Source of the DNA: Camelus ferus
Taxonomy: Eukaryota
Reading direction: 5' to 3'
NCBI RefSeq assembly: GCF_009834535.1
Contig: NC_045696.1
Coordinates: forward strand, 6,202,001 to 6,266,000
DNA: 64,000 nucleotides
Of the stretch, positions 38,871 through 51,319 are shown piece after piece (the first letter of the stretch is position 1; every line of letters begins with the position of its first letter). The translations under genes were made by a program, and so were the position numbers. The notes below the pieces were generated by a model. It was not told the origin of the DNA. It did not search any database and worked only from the letters and a program-made list of their open reading frames with translations.

Positions 38871-40647
38871 AAGCCACCATTGTTTTTAGTCAGTGTTATC
38901 TCTGCTACTCGCAACTAAAGTGAACCTAACTGAGCAACAGCTCTTTCTCTTGGGTTGTGATGAGAACCTCCTGGGTGGGGGGAGGTCACAGAGTCCTGGT
39001 GTACTGATTCTGGAAGTCAATTGTAATTGCTTCTAGTCTAGGGCAAGGAGCATGGGTGGTTTGCCCAGAGAGAATGGGTTACCTGCTTAGATACTGAGCA
39101 GGGATGGAGGCCTTAGGTCTCCTACCTCCTGTTCCAGAAGTTCAGATCTCACTGCCTCCCACTGGAGGTCTACAGGCAGACATCTGAGCTTTATATATTC
39201 CTGTGCAGGGGCTGCAGGATGTTGCGAATTGTGCACTCAGCATGGGAAGCTTTATTATTGGATTGTAAACGTTACCTACCTAAAAACAGATCATTTCTAA
39301 GCATTAATAATACTGATAGTAATAACCACAAAAATAATAATGATGATGTTAATTAGTTTAGGATACTTCGGTGGAAGGGGACACTTTGGATGACCCTAGT
39401 CATTTATAAACAAAAGCTGTGTATTGCTTCTCTCTTTATCTTTTGATGGAAGAGGAAGAAGTTAATCGTGCAGACATCACAAACAGTGATTGTTTATTAG
39501 AAATTGTGTAAAAATGCCTGACTTAGCCTGGTTGGCTCTGAGCAAGACAGGTGTTATTCTGAGAGCTTGGAATACATGGAGGGAGGAGGCGAAAGTTTGA
39601 TGGGAAAGGGATTGGGGCAGGGGAGTGGAGGTGCTGGGGACCCCCTGGGAGGCCCCATTTCCACGGGAAGCAAGGCCTTGGGAAGGAGGTGGCCAGGTCC
39701 TCTGACCTTCCCAACTGGCCGACTCTGCTGTGTCCCTAGTGGTTCTGCTGTAGATCTGCCCCAGAACAAACGCTCAGACTCTCTGCTTGGACCAGTAGCT
39801 GGGGACGGGAGGTCGTGTGTTTACGTGAGGTCATCACATTCATGTTTAATGGGTTTGTGGTTCTGGGTAGCGTGTGGGGCCCATCAGTGACTGACGGCTC
39901 ATGTGATCCCTTAGACAGGCGAAGCTCTTGGGGACTTTTTTAAATGGCTGAACCCACGTCACTTTCTCAGGACTCTGTGGTCTTTGTTTCTTATGGCATG
40001 AGTGGAAGTCACTGTTGAGAAAGATGATAAATACAGAGAAGCAAAAGTAAGAAAAAAACTCCCTGTAATGTCTCTGCCGTTAGCCACTATTACTGTGTTG
40101 TCTTACATAGTTGCAGAGTCTCCTGTGCATAGTTACATAAAGATACATATTGAAAAAACACTACATCCCTTTTTTGTATGGCAATATCGTGACTGAAAAT
40201 ATTAAGATCAGATGAATAAGCAAGTCTGTCTAATTCACGTCTCGAAAAAGTTGGGAAAACACTGGTACCTTCGAGAGGCTCTGGATTTCATTTATGCTCA
40301 TCTTCCATAATATCAGATAATGAAGATAGAAATGTGGACTGGGATGCATTAGCTCTCACGTGCTGGATCACTAAGCGTGTTATGCAGCTGACTTTTTGTT
40401 TTTCCTTGTAGCACGGACTTCTCAAGAAAGGAAGCCGTTTGTTGAGTTATATTTGGGTAGAAGCACCTTCAGCTGGGCAACTGCTTCATGCTGTGTCCGG
40501 GCCATTGTAGCGAATGCTCAGTGCTCAGTCTTGAAAACCCTGAGATATGATCTCATTGGGAAAGGACCCTCTCTTTGGGTCACAGATTCACCTAACATTC
40601 CCAAGGAGACTTCTTTGGTGCAGTTTTACATGAATGCCTTGAGATTT

Positions 40648-40659
40648 TTTACTTACTTT

Positions 40660-40735
<76 letters not shown>
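40648..40735. repeat. Compound (TTAC)n(TTAT)n tetranucleotide microsatellite
   Basis: Direct inspection. Confidence 0.95.
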
Positions 40736-40736
<1 letters not shown>

Positions 40737-42103
40737 GCTTTTGCAACCCAAGTACTGCCTCACAAGAAGGCTTCAAAAACATTCATTTTTATATATGAAA
40801 TATTAGATATCTGTTTCTGTTGCTTCTCAGTTAGTGTTCTTTCCTGCAAATAATTTTTCTTTGTTTTGAGATTTTAAAAAATATTCTGAATGTGAAGTGC
40901 TGTGTAAGCTTTGATAGTTTCATTGTTTCATCGGCCAGTGCATCTTTGCAAGTGACACACCGTGGATTTTAGCACTTCTCCATCAATTATGGATACAAAA
41001 CTGAATTTGGTTGGTATGTGAGGGATTGTACGCACGTGGAAGAGCTGGTGGAGCTGAGACTCAAACCCAGGTTGTCCCTCGAGGCTGGAGGCGACAGGTG
41101 CTCTAGGAGGACCCATGAGAGGCGGACAGGGATGGCTTCTCAGAAGAGCTGGCATGTGCATTGGATCTAAAGGGCAAACACCAGTTAGCTGGATTGAGTA
41201 GGGAGGAGGCTTCCAGGAGAAGCATATGCCATGGTGTGCCGTCTAGTGCTTGTGCATTCTGGACTACAGCGTGTCCAGTGGTGCGCTGAGCCTGGGCCAC
41301 AGCATGGGTGGCGAGGAATGGCCAGAGGTGACCCAGAAGGTAGGAGGAACCTCTGAGTCACATGGTTGGTGAAGGAGCTTTACTTTAAGGCTTCAAAGAT
41401 AGCCTGAAGGATGAAGAAAGCTGAGATGATTTAATAAATAGTTTTGCAATTTGAAATGAAAAGCATCTCAAGAATGTTCTTATTTGATGTGATTACTATG
41501 ACTCTGAGAGCTTTAAAGCTTTTTTTTTTTTTTTTTAATTTGCCAGGGAAGGAATTACTCCCTTGAATTGTGTTTTATTGAAGATGAAGCCAGGGTGTCC
41601 TTTAAGAAATCTAATGGCCGAATGTTATGAATTGCACTGTTTAGTTATGGAAGGATGTTCTTTGTGCTTCCTAGGCAAAGGGCCCAAATGCATAGATTCA
41701 TTTCAAGTTCAAGTCGTCCCAGGCAGGTGAAAATCTCTCCCTTAGTCGTAGGTTTGCTGTCAGTACGAAGCAGCACATGGGCTTCATTCCTTTAGGCTGA
41801 ACACAGCTCAGTCTGGGACTTTCATTCTCTGTTGCAGTGATGGGTAAAAGAAGGTAGCACATATAAGAGCTGTGTTACACCATAATGCTGCCAAATGTGC
41901 TGTTATTGTTCAGGTGACAAAGCCCCCAGATGCTGCCTGACAGATGAAGAGATAAATGAAATCATGTTTTGAGCATGACAACCATTTCAGAGATAATGTA
42001 TAAAGATCTTAAATCTCGTTGGTCTTCTGTAAATTTTAATCTAATTTGCACTGCAAAAGAAATGAGTCAGTGTTTTCATTTCTTTTCTGTTTACTTCATG
42101 CAG

Positions 42104-42107
<4 letters not shown>

Positions 42108-42150
<43 letters not shown>
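42108..42150. repeat. (TG)n microsatellite
   Basis: Direct inspection. Confidence 0.95.
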
Positions 42151-42152
<2 letters not shown>

Positions 42153-42966
42153 GCTATCTGATATTGAAAGAGATCTAGGAACCCTTTCATTTAGGAATGG
42201 CAGAATCTCATTTTCCTAGTTATCAGCCAGTCTTCAATCTCCCACATTGATCTGGCTGAGAATCCGAAGAGGAATGCTGTTTAGTGAGTTGCATTTACCT
42301 GTGGAGAGTGAAAAGCCCAGATTATGGTCCCAATGAGGTCCTATCCAGTCCCCCTACTGAATGGAAAGCCTGTGACAGGTGTGCCCCAGTGCACTGGACG
42401 GCAGCATCTGAGGTGGCTTCCAGGGTGTGCCCACCTTTCTCCCAGGGACTTGACACACCTGAGGCTGCACCTTTGTGGTGTGGTGTGACCCTGAGCCTCG
42501 CCAGTGCTGAGTCAGGCTGACATCCAGAGCAATCGCTTGTTTGTTTGCTCAGAGACTCAAGGGAGTCTCTGTCCTGTGTCAATTGCCAGTCTTCTGCACT
42601 CAGTGAGTGGACTGGCTGGCTGCCCACCCAAGGCAAAGATTGTCTCGTGTTCATCTTTGTTTGTAAGCAACTCTGCTAGCTCATCGATCTTGTAAATGCT
42701 TGTGGAACTGAGCTACACAATGACTCATATCAGAACCCTCTTCAAGGCTGGTTTTCACTGTGGGAAAGGCACCAATGGGGAGTGCAGTGGACAGCACCTA
42801 AGTCTGGACGTTCCAATGGTAAGCGGGGACCATTTCCTCTTCTTGCCTTGGGCCGACCTTGCACATCTCCCTGAAACACTCTCAGACTTGGGGGCCTGGC
42901 ATCTTTGAGGTGGACTAACTCTGCTTCTTTTGGAGGTACCTCCTTAGAGTGATTAAGCTTCCTTGA

Positions 42967-43362
42967 TATATTAGTTAGGTTTTGCTGCAGTAACAAACAG
43001 CCTAAAGCTCTCAATGGCTCATCACAACAATTATTCACTTCTGTCTTGGAAGACTGCAGGTTAGATGTGGCTCCGTTGGGCTCCATTCTGGGTCCCAGGA
43101 GGTCGAGCAGAAGCTCACAGGTGGGCAGAATCCTATGATTCCTCTTGGAGTTGCCCCCTGTTATGGGCACATTTTTGCGTTTGCCCACATTTATTGGTCA
43201 AAGCAAGGTGTGTGGACAAGCTTAAAGTTAATGGGGAGGTGAGTGCCCTGTGCCCACGGGAAGGCCAGGGCAAGTCACAGACAGCGAGTGAGACTGCATT
43301 CACCCTGTTATGGGAGGGATGGAGTTTCCAGTTGGAACAATAATCGACAATAATCTGCCATG
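42967..43362 (-). mobile_element. MaLR LTR (MLT1J/I-like)
   Basis: tatattagttaggttttgctgcagtaacaaac...ctcaatggct...cccacatttattggtcaaagcaag... Confidence 0.75.
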
Positions 43363-43759
43363 ATTCCTTTATCACAGAAGGGAGTTAGTTTGTTGCTCCC
43401 TGAGTGGCTTCATCCAGTCTTGCGGCTTCCAGGACCACCCACGAGCCTATGACTCCCAAATATCTCCATCCCCGATGGTCCTTCCACACTCAAATTCCTG
43501 CACCCAGCTGTCAACTTGACATCTTACTGAGATGCCTAGTGAGCATCTTTAAAATCATTCCTCCAGTGGTCTCTGCTCTTTTAAAATATGCTGAAAACCC
43601 TTGGCACCATCCTTAGCTCAGAGGCCAGAGGTGAAATATGTTAGATTCTGTCTAAAGCCTCCCAACTCAACAAGTCTGTGTGTAAGTGAGTGCACGTGAA
43701 TGGCTTCCAAAGAGGTTCCACTTTCCAAGCTCGAGACCAAATTTATCAGCCTGCTGTGC

Positions 43760-43915
43760 CCACCTGCTGCCCACCGACCACATCTGCAGTGGGAAACTTG
43801 ACTTAGCTCTGGACTAGTGGGCAGAAAGCCCTGTGCTTGGACAGTAGTTAATGGTGGTGCCCACATTCGAATCCACATCTTTCTGTCTTGTAAATCCATG
43901 CTTTTTCCACTACAC
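43760..43915 (-). mobile_element. MIR SINE fragment
   Basis: gcagtgggaaact...gtagttaatggtggtgcccacattcgaatccacatctttctg...tccatgctttttccactacac. Confidence 0.55.
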
Positions 43916-45542
43916 AGATGTCATCAATAAAATCAGCTGCTTGTGGCATCCTTAAAATCTTGGTGATGGGAAACATCTTTAACAGTTCAGAATCCCTGTG
44001 CTTTTTTAAAATTTGTTGAAAAAAGTCTGTTTATTATTCATGAGACAGTGTAACCTGTATTTTGAAATAAATAAAACCAACGTTCTCTTTCGTTGGTCAT
44101 TTTCGAATTACAATACTGTTCCTTCTTAAGCAGACAGACTGGCTGCAGGGCTGCGGAATGCACTGGGGATTCACGAGCTAGATGCCAGAGGTTCTTTTTG
44201 GCTATTACGTATGGGCAGTGGACTTGACTTGGCATTGTTTTTAGTCCTGGGAGTAACGTACAAGAACAAAGGAATAAGTCACAGCTCTCCCGCTGCACAA
44301 CCTCTTCAACGCCCGAACCAAACCCAACCCACAACTGACCACATAAAACCAGACCAGTCGAAACAGCCAAAGAGCAGAAGATCCTTGCTGAAGACTCTAA
44401 GATCATGTTGAAGGGATATAATCCTGATTTATGGAGCCTCTTTATCTAACACTTAAAATGTTGGTTTTCGGAGGGAAGACAGCCCAGATATCCCAACAGC
44501 GCAGCACTTCTGCTTGGCTGGCGTGCTGTGGGTTGTCAGTGGGCTCTTCACCACATATTTTCTCATTCAAGTGTGTAAAGCTTTTTTTTTCTTTTTTTTT
44601 TTTTTTTGAGCTGAAATAACACTAAGCACATTCAGAAATCATCCAAAGACTGCAAACTTTATCAAGTGTCTCCTTTCCTTTTGGGACTGATTTCAGGCCA
44701 TTAGACTATAACCTACATAATTTTCTTCCTCTTTTGTTTATGTTGGTATTGTCATAATAACTGTGATGATTTATATCCCAGGACAAAATTAATGCTCACA
44801 GTACTGAAAAGTGATGGCAGGGATGCTCCGTGAAGCCAGAGTACCATAAATTCATGGATACATCAACGCACTGAGATGGGGCAATGGCTTGACTAGCTAA
44901 TTTATGAAGCTGTAAGGCTGGTAATAAATTCTGGCCCTATAAACTGTGTCAGGCAATGTAGATTGAACTATAATAGATTCACCTAGTACATAGTGCAAGG
45001 CCTCCTGAGCTCTCCCCATTAGGCAGAATCTCAGAAAAGTGATGCTCGGAGGTTTGCCAGAAGAGCTTGTGTGCCATTTTGTCTCTTTCTGAGGGAGATG
45101 GAGGGCCACGGTGTTAATGAACTGGGAGGCCAGGGAATGAGGGAGGCCGGGACTGCAGTGAGATTGAGTTGGGGACGGAGGAGGAAGGGAAGAAGGAAGA
45201 CAAAAGGGGAGGGAGAGAATGAGGAAATGCCACAGCGGGGAGGAGACATTTACACGTGCCCAAGGCTGTTCTCTGGATACTGGGTCTGTGGGCCACAATT
45301 CCAGACCCCACTGGCCCACGAAGCTGGAGTCCTTCAAATACTCTCAGCTTGGTATCTGGACTGCCTCGGGGATGAGGAAGGAAGCAGGTCTATAGATGGA
45401 ATCCATCACTGCGCCATCTTGGGGAAGTCGGAGATGGATGGCAGCAGAGCCCCAGGAATTTGATGGAATTGGAAACACCTAGCAGACGTGATAGTCTTCC
45501 CACTTAACCCAGCTTCACAGGACCCTTTAGAACTGCATCTTT

Positions 45543-45647
45543 GAGGGGTGGTATAGCCCAGTGGTAGAGCGCATGCGTAGCATACACGAGGTCATGGGTT
45601 CAATCCCCAGTCCCTCCATTAAAAAAAAAATGATAAAATAAATAAAC
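45543..45647 (+). mobile_element. tRNA-Ala-derived camelid-type SINE, short form
   Basis: ggtatagcccagtggtagagcgcatgcgtagcatacacgaggtcatgggttcaatccccagtccctcca plus A tail. TSD agaa(c/t)tgcatct at 45529-45540 and 45648-45659. Confidence 0.9.
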
Positions 45648-45769
45648 AGAATTGCATCTATTTAATGTTTTAGGCTCCTCTTCAATTCCTTCCTCAGTCA
45701 GTAACTTTGATTGTTAAGTGCCTGCTAAATTTGCCTAACTGGGTTCTACTCTCTAACACAGAGTCACTC

Positions 45770-45945
45770 ACTTAGTTGTCCCAGCAATCCAGGGGGCTTA
45801 GGATAATTTTATTCCCATTTGATAGTTGGTGAAACTGAGGCACAGAGTTGTAACTGCTAGCAAGTGGTGGAGGGGAACTGGAGTGCACCTCAGTGTGCCC
45901 GATCTTTGTGTGCTCCGACCCCCGTCCCAGGGCTGATGCACTAGT
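45770..45945 (-). mobile_element. MIR SINE
   Basis: ttttattcccatttgatagttggtgaaactgaggcacagag...ctagcaagtggtggag. Confidence 0.75.
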
Positions 45946-47119
45946 TTTCAGCACAGAAGGCTCTGCTGGCTGGTCCTGAATATCCCTGTGTTGTGGAGGA
46001 GATGATGTCGTCACCATGTTCTAGTGACAGAATAGTGGCATTGCCCACGGCCATGGTCTTTCTCTAGAAGAATCTTCTGAAGGGCTCAATATTATCCATT
46101 TTATTAAGATCTGAATTTTTAAGCTTCAATTTTTTTTCTTTCTTTACTTTTTTTTTTTTTTCCAATAAGGGAGTTTGATCTTTCTTGCTAGCCTCATATG
46201 TTAAGGTGATTTAAAATGCTACCAACCAAGCCTCTTGCTTTTGGGGTCAGAGAATGTCAGATTCAATGTAAGTTGCTTTACAATGATCACTGTTACTTTT
46301 TCATTGCCGACTGTGTTTCTAAGGGGCCTGCATAGAAATTTCTACCAATTTCTATCCTGAAGTTTGCTGTTTCCACTCCTCTCATCTCCTGAATGAATGT
46401 TTATTCCCAGCTGCTCTTTGGGCCCTGACTGTCACAGACCACGAGGCTACTTTCATGCCTCAAAGCATCTTATGCTATGGGGTCTTACTGCAGTCGCGGT
46501 TTCTGACTTTTGTGGGCTGGTTGTTTTGGGGGCCTGGATTCTGCCAGTTTCCCACATATGGCTCTGCCTTGGTTTTTCAGTATCTTTTTACTCTCTAATC
46601 TGACTGCTGATGGCCTGGAAGCCTCCATCCCCCATCCTCCCACGAAGTGAGCAAAAGTTGTACGTGACACGCGTGGCCTCCTGCCCGCTCCTCATCCAAC
46701 CCTTCCGCTGCTGCTCCAAGCTGCCCTGTTTCCCAGCTGCTGCTCCAGGGGCTCATCCCCCATGGGAGCATCCCCACGGGCTGAAGGGGGCCTTCCTTGG
46801 CCTCTGCTCTGGAGACGGAGTCTTCCTGGTGCTGCCTCAACACAGGATTCTCAACAAACCATTTGGGAGACAGATGACATTGTTTCTGTCTGAACAGGTC
46901 TCGTCAAATGTTTATGATGAGGAACTGAAGGAAATCTCGCTACGACCTGAGTGAAAGGGAAACTTTTTCAATGACTCAAGTCAGTATACTTGAGTTCAGG
47001 ACTCGCACTGTCTCCTGGTCAGTGGGTTTTATCCTGAGCTGAAGGGGTGGGGAAGGAGGTTAAGCACACAGGGTGCCCACTACACTTATTTCTTCTTTGA
47101 AAACTCCATCAAGACCATT

Positions 47120-47640
47120 TGTTACCAAGACCAAACTTGTTCTGCTCACCCCACAACAGGCTGGTAAATTGGGAGACAAGGTGTTGGGGCAAGGAATAAT
47201 GACTTTATTCAGAAAGCCCGCGGACTGAGAGGATAGGGTACTGATGTTCTGGAGAACCATCTTCCTCAAGTCAGAATTCAGGCCCCTTTTATACTAGAAA
47301 AAGGGGAGGGGTGTGGTTGGTTGTTGCGAACTTCTTGATGTCAGAATCCTTTGTTCTTGCAGCTGTCCATGTAGGTCAGGTCCCGATGTCCCTGTAAACT
47401 TCCAAAAGAACAAATGCTATTCTCTGTTCTGCAACTTCTTATCTCTACACTAATGGGAAAGTGTTCTACCCTTAAGGGCCAGAGCCTTGAGGACGGGCTC
47501 TCCTGCAGATTTCAGGCTCTAGGCCACATTCTGTTACAAAAGGTGCAGAACCAGCAGGACCCAGCACAGGAGACCGAGCCCAGGGTTGGAGCCAAAGGAA
47601 CAGACCTCATATGGAGTCAGGTTTGTTCGTCTCTATGACA
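47120..47640 (-). mobile_element. ERV1-class solo LTR (MER41/MER4-group-like), copy B
   Basis: TG...CA termini with a perfect 4-bp TSD catt at 47116-47119 and 47641-47644. AATAAA on the minus strand. Homologous to 24874-25356. Confidence 0.85.
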
Positions 47641-47661
47641 CATTTAAAATGAAGGCAGAGG

Positions 47662-47791
47662 TAGGGGTAGGTACAGCTCAGTGGTTCAGCACATGCTCAG
47701 CACGCACGAGGTTCTGGGTTCAATTCCCAGTACCTCTGTTAAAACATAAGTAAACCTAACTACCACCCCCCCCCCCAAAAAAAAGAAGAAG
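47662..47791 (+). mobile_element. tRNA-Ala-derived camelid-type SINE, long form
   Basis: tRNA-like head, then taaacctaactaccacccccc and an A tail. Perfect 16-bp TSD aaaatgaaggcagagg at 47646-47661 and 47792-47807. Confidence 0.9.
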
Positions 47792-48256
47792 AAAATGAAG
47801 GCAGAGGGATATTTTTCAAGACCACTCTAAACTGATTAAACAAAATGTGCTCTTTAATGGCAGCGGTGGGGAGAACTGGCATTCCTGGGCAGGCTGTCCA
47901 CTCACCCTTCATTTGGTTTGGGGAGAGGCTGAACCCAGGCCTGTTTGCAGGACCCTCCAGGGAGTCAGTTCTAGATCTGCTGTGGTTGGAGGAATGGCCG
48001 GAAAAGAACATTTACTCTGGGCCTGAGGTGTTCGGGGCCCATGTTTGCCCCAAATAGCTCTTTCCAGAGGAATTTTTCATTAAATCTCTTTATTTAAGAC
48101 ATATTTATGGTACCATCGAGTCTTAGAATTGGAAGAGTCTTGAAGTTGTCTCTGCCAAAATTCATGAGGGAAAAAAATGACATTTACCCCAGACACAGCC
48201 TTGTTATTAAACGCGACTCTATTATCCCAGGTGGAGGTCATTCAGAAGTTGGGTTT

Positions 48257-48563
48257 TTCAACAAGAGACTCACGGACATAGAAAACAAACTAAGGTTACC
48301 AAAGGGAAAGTGGAAGGGGGACGGATAAATTAAGAGTTTGAGATTAACAGACACACGTTGCTAGATACAAAATAGACAAGCAACAAGGACCTACTGTAGA
48401 GCACAGAGGACTAAATTCAGTTTCTTGTAATAACCTATAATGAAAAAGAATCTGAAAAAATATGTATGTATATGTGTAACTGAATCGCTTAGCTGTACAC
48501 CTGAAACTAATGTTGTAAGTCAACTACACTTCAATTAAAAATAAAACTAAAAAAAAAAAAAAA
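48257..48563 (+). mobile_element. 5'-truncated L1 3' UTR
   Basis: agactcacggacatagaaaacaaactaaggttacc...caactacacttcaattaaaa plus poly-A. TSD agaagttgg(g/a)ttt at 48244-48256 and 48564-48576. Confidence 0.92.
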
Positions 48564-48668
48564 AGAAGTTGGATTTGGAGAAGCAGACTGTGATGTGACT
48601 CCTTAGGTCTCTGGGCTAGAAATCCAGGCAGATAATTGGATGCAGTGCCACCTCTCTCAATATATTCT

Positions 48669-48819
48669 TTTTAAAACAAGTTTTATTATTATTTTATTTT
48701 GGCAGTGATGGGGGGAGGTAATTAGGTTTATTTATTTTTAGGGGAGATACTGGGGATTGAACCCAGGACCTCATGCATACTAAGTGTGTGCTCTACCACT
48801 TGAGCTATGCCCTCCCCAC
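48669..48819 (-). mobile_element. tRNA-Ala-derived camelid-type SINE, long form
   Basis: Reverse strand reads ggggagggcatagctcaagtggtagagcacac...gggttcaatccccagt...aaacctaattacctcccccc. TSD ctctcaatatattct at 48654-48668 and 48820-48834. Confidence 0.9.
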
Positions 48820-49159
48820 CTCTCAATATATTCTGACGCATGGATGGACCTCAGGTTAAAGAAATATCCTCGTTTCCTTTGGCAGTCTCCAGGGAGTTTC
48901 TTGGTTTTCTGAGTAGTGGCGCTTTGGGAATCCTTTGTCTCCAAGAACATTTCAGAAGTCAGTATATATGTTGGTATGGACGTCGATGAGCAGGGGTAAC
49001 GGGAAAGCACTGTTCTCACCCTCAGTGCTTGTAGTGGAGTATGGGCAGCAATCCGCGCTCTTAATTTAAATGTATCCCTTCCCTTTCCCAATATTCATCA
49101 AAATATTTTTTTTTGGAGTCTCAGCCCAACTTTGTGCCAAATGATTAAGAGATGACAAG

Positions 49160-50051
49160 CAATTCTCCAAGGAAGAAATACAAATGATCAATAGACACAT
49201 GAAAAAATGTTCAATATCACTAATTATCAGAGAAATGCAAATCAAAACTACAATGAGGTATCACCTCACACCAGTCAGAATGGCCATCATTCAAAAATCC
49301 ACAAAAGACAAATGCTGGAGAGGCTGTGGAGAAAGGGGAACCCTCCTTCACTGCTGGTGGGAATGCAGTTTGGTGCAGCCACTGTGGAAAACAGTATGGA
49401 GATTCCTCAAAAGACTAGGAATGGACTTACCATGTGACCCAGGGGTCCTGCTCCTGGGCATATATCCAGAGGGAACCCTACTTCAAGATGACACCTGCAA
49501 CCCAGTGTTCATAGCAGCACTATTTACAATAGCCAAGACATGGAAACAGCCTAAATGTCCATCAACAGATGACTTGATAAAGAAGTTGTGGTATATTTAT
49601 ACAATGGAATACTATTTAGACATAAAAACGACAACATAATGCCATTTGCAGCAACATGGATGTTCCTGGAGAATGTCATTCTAAGTGAAGTAAGTCAGAA
49701 AGAGAAAGAAAAATACCATATGAGATTGCTCATATGTGGAATCTAAAAAACAAAACAAAACAAAACATAAATACAAAACAGAAACAGACTCAGAGACATA
49801 GAATACAAACTTGTAGTTGCCAAGGGAGTAGGGGGTGGGAAGGAACAGACTAGGATTTCAAAATGTAGAACAGATAAACTAGATTATACTGTATAGCACA
49901 GGGAAATATACACAAGATCTTATGGTAGCTCACAGAGAAAAAAATGTGACAATGAGTATATATATGTTCATGTATAACTGAAAAATTGTGCTCTACACTG
50001 GAATTTGACACAACATTATAAAATGATTGTAACTCAATAAAAAATGTTAAA
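49160..50051 (+). mobile_element. 5'-truncated relatively young L1 with ORF2 C-terminal remnant
   Basis: ORF 49184-49639 ([21 protein letters not shown]...LLHCWWEC...[12 protein letters not shown]...[19 protein letters not shown]) is the L1 ORF2p C-terminus, followed by a 3' UTR and A tail. TSD aa(g/a)agatg(a/g)caag at 49147-49159 and 50052-50064. Confidence 0.96.
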
Positions 50052-50094
50052 AAAAGATGGCAAGACCTTAGTGCCTGATTAATAATAATCAACC

Positions 50095-50190
50095 ATCCGT
50101 TCATTCACTAAACATGTCTTAGTGCCCGCTGTGTGCCAGGTGTTGCCCCAGACACGAGGACCCACAGTGAACAGCAGGCGTCACTACAGC
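50095..50190 (-). mobile_element. L2 3' fragment
   Basis: ttcattcactaaacatgtcttagtgcccgctgtgtgccaggtgttg...acagtgaacag. Confidence 0.6.
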
Positions 50191-50199
50191 CCGACCCAG

Positions 50200-50405
50200 G
50201 AGGGAGCTGCCGTCAGCTCTCACTGGCTCATAAGCACTGGTAGGGTACTCACTTACCTTCCTGAGTCTGCATTCAGTGCCATCACGTTGGTGGCTGGAAG
50301 CTGGCCACAGTGGAAGTATTTGCACCATGGAAACTGGTAATCACTATAAATTGGGGCTTTTTTCCCCTAAGAAACAGACAACACTTTTTACCAGCACAAC
50401 CCTGG
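50200..50405. mobile_element. MER63A-like hAT-Blackjack element
   Basis: ttcagtgccatcacgttggtggctggaagctggccacagtggaagtatttgcaccatggaaactgg...tttaccagcacaaccctgg. Confidence 0.7.
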
Positions 50406-50455
50406 CTCACGCTTCTGTTGTGATAATCAGCCGTCAGGTATTATGTGTATAATTA

Positions 50456-51278
50456 CAGGCATATCTTGTTTTATTGTGCTTCATTTTTTTTTACTGTGCT
50501 TTGAAGATAAGTGTTTCTTTTACAAATTGAAAGTTTGTGGCCACCCTGCATCGAGCAAGTCTATCGGGGCCATTGTTCCAGTAGCATTTGCTCCCTTGGT
50601 GTCTGTGTGTCGTGGTTTGGTAGTTTTTGCAATATTTCAGACCTTTGCATTATTATGATACTTGTTACGGTGATCTGTGATCAGTGATCTTTGATGTCAC
50701 TGTTGTAATTGTTTTGGGGCCATGTGAACCGTGCCCACGTAAGAAGGTGAACTTAATCGATAAATGTTGTTTGTGTTCTGACTGCTTCACCAGCCCGCCT
50801 TTTCCCCATTCATCTCTCTCCCTCTCATCTGGCCTCTCTATCCCCTGAAACACAACAGCAATATTGAAATTAGGCCACTTAATAACACTTCTCAGTGTTC
50901 AAGTGAAGGGAAGAGTCAGTGGAATGTGGCAAACTTCTTTATTGTCTTACGAGATTGCTGCGGACACCCCAGCTTCACAGCCACCACCCTGGGCAGTCAG
51001 TCAGCAGCCATCAGTACGGGGGCAAGACCCTCTACCCAGAAAAAGTTTGCAACTCGCTGAATGCTAAATAGCATTTTTCTTTTTTTAGCAATAAAGTATT
51101 TTTAAATTAAGGCACGTACATTGTTTTGTCGGCATGATGCCCTTGCACGTTTAATAGACTTCAGTGTTGTGTAAAAGTGGCTTTTATATGCCCTGGGCGA
51201 CCAGAAAATCCCTGTGACCCACTTCACTGTGGTGGTCTGGAACCAAACCCACAATCTCTCTGAGAGGGGGTGGGCCTG
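50456..51278 (+). mobile_element. Internally deleted Tigger1 (Tigger1a_Art-like) TcMar DNA transposon
   Basis: TA|caggcatatcttgttttattgtgcttc...tacaaattgaaagtttgtggccaccctgcatcgagcaagtctatcgg is the Tigger1 5' end, and the element ends ggtctggaaccaaacccacaat...gcctg. About 820 bp, no transposase ORF. Confidence 0.88.
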
Positions 51279-51319
51279 TGTTTAAGGTCATTATTATTCT
51301 TTGTATAATATAAGCGGTT

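Larger units (their letters stand above)
37200..38932 (+). mobile_element. Old MaLR LTR (MLT1H/I/J-like), split by an L1 (pieces ~37200-37635 and ~38871-38932)
   Basis: catttcccaacttcccttgcagct...tgtgactatgtttctggccaacagaa...ggagcagccatcttg...tttaagccac / ...ctaactga. Confidence 0.7.

Noticed and set aside
41913..42028. Possible + strand exon after ttattgttcag
   Set aside because: Weak pyrimidine tract and only a poor donor (tct|gtaaat); not supportable.
45543..45619. Possible genuine tRNA-Ala(AGC) genes (also at 4825, 30718, 47662, 48669)
   Set aside because: Each has an A-rich tail, TSDs and stem-breaking substitutions, so these are SINE copies rather than tRNA genes.
24874..47640. Two same-orientation LTRs as the ends of one provirus
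   Set aside because: They are 22 kb apart, differ by many substitutions and indels, have different flanking tetramers, and enclose no gag/pol/env or primer-binding site. They are independent solo LTRs.
49184..49639. 151-aa ORF as a host or domesticated gene
   Set aside because: It is the C-terminal remnant of L1 ORF2p in a 5'-truncated copy, with no promoter, endonuclease or RT domain.
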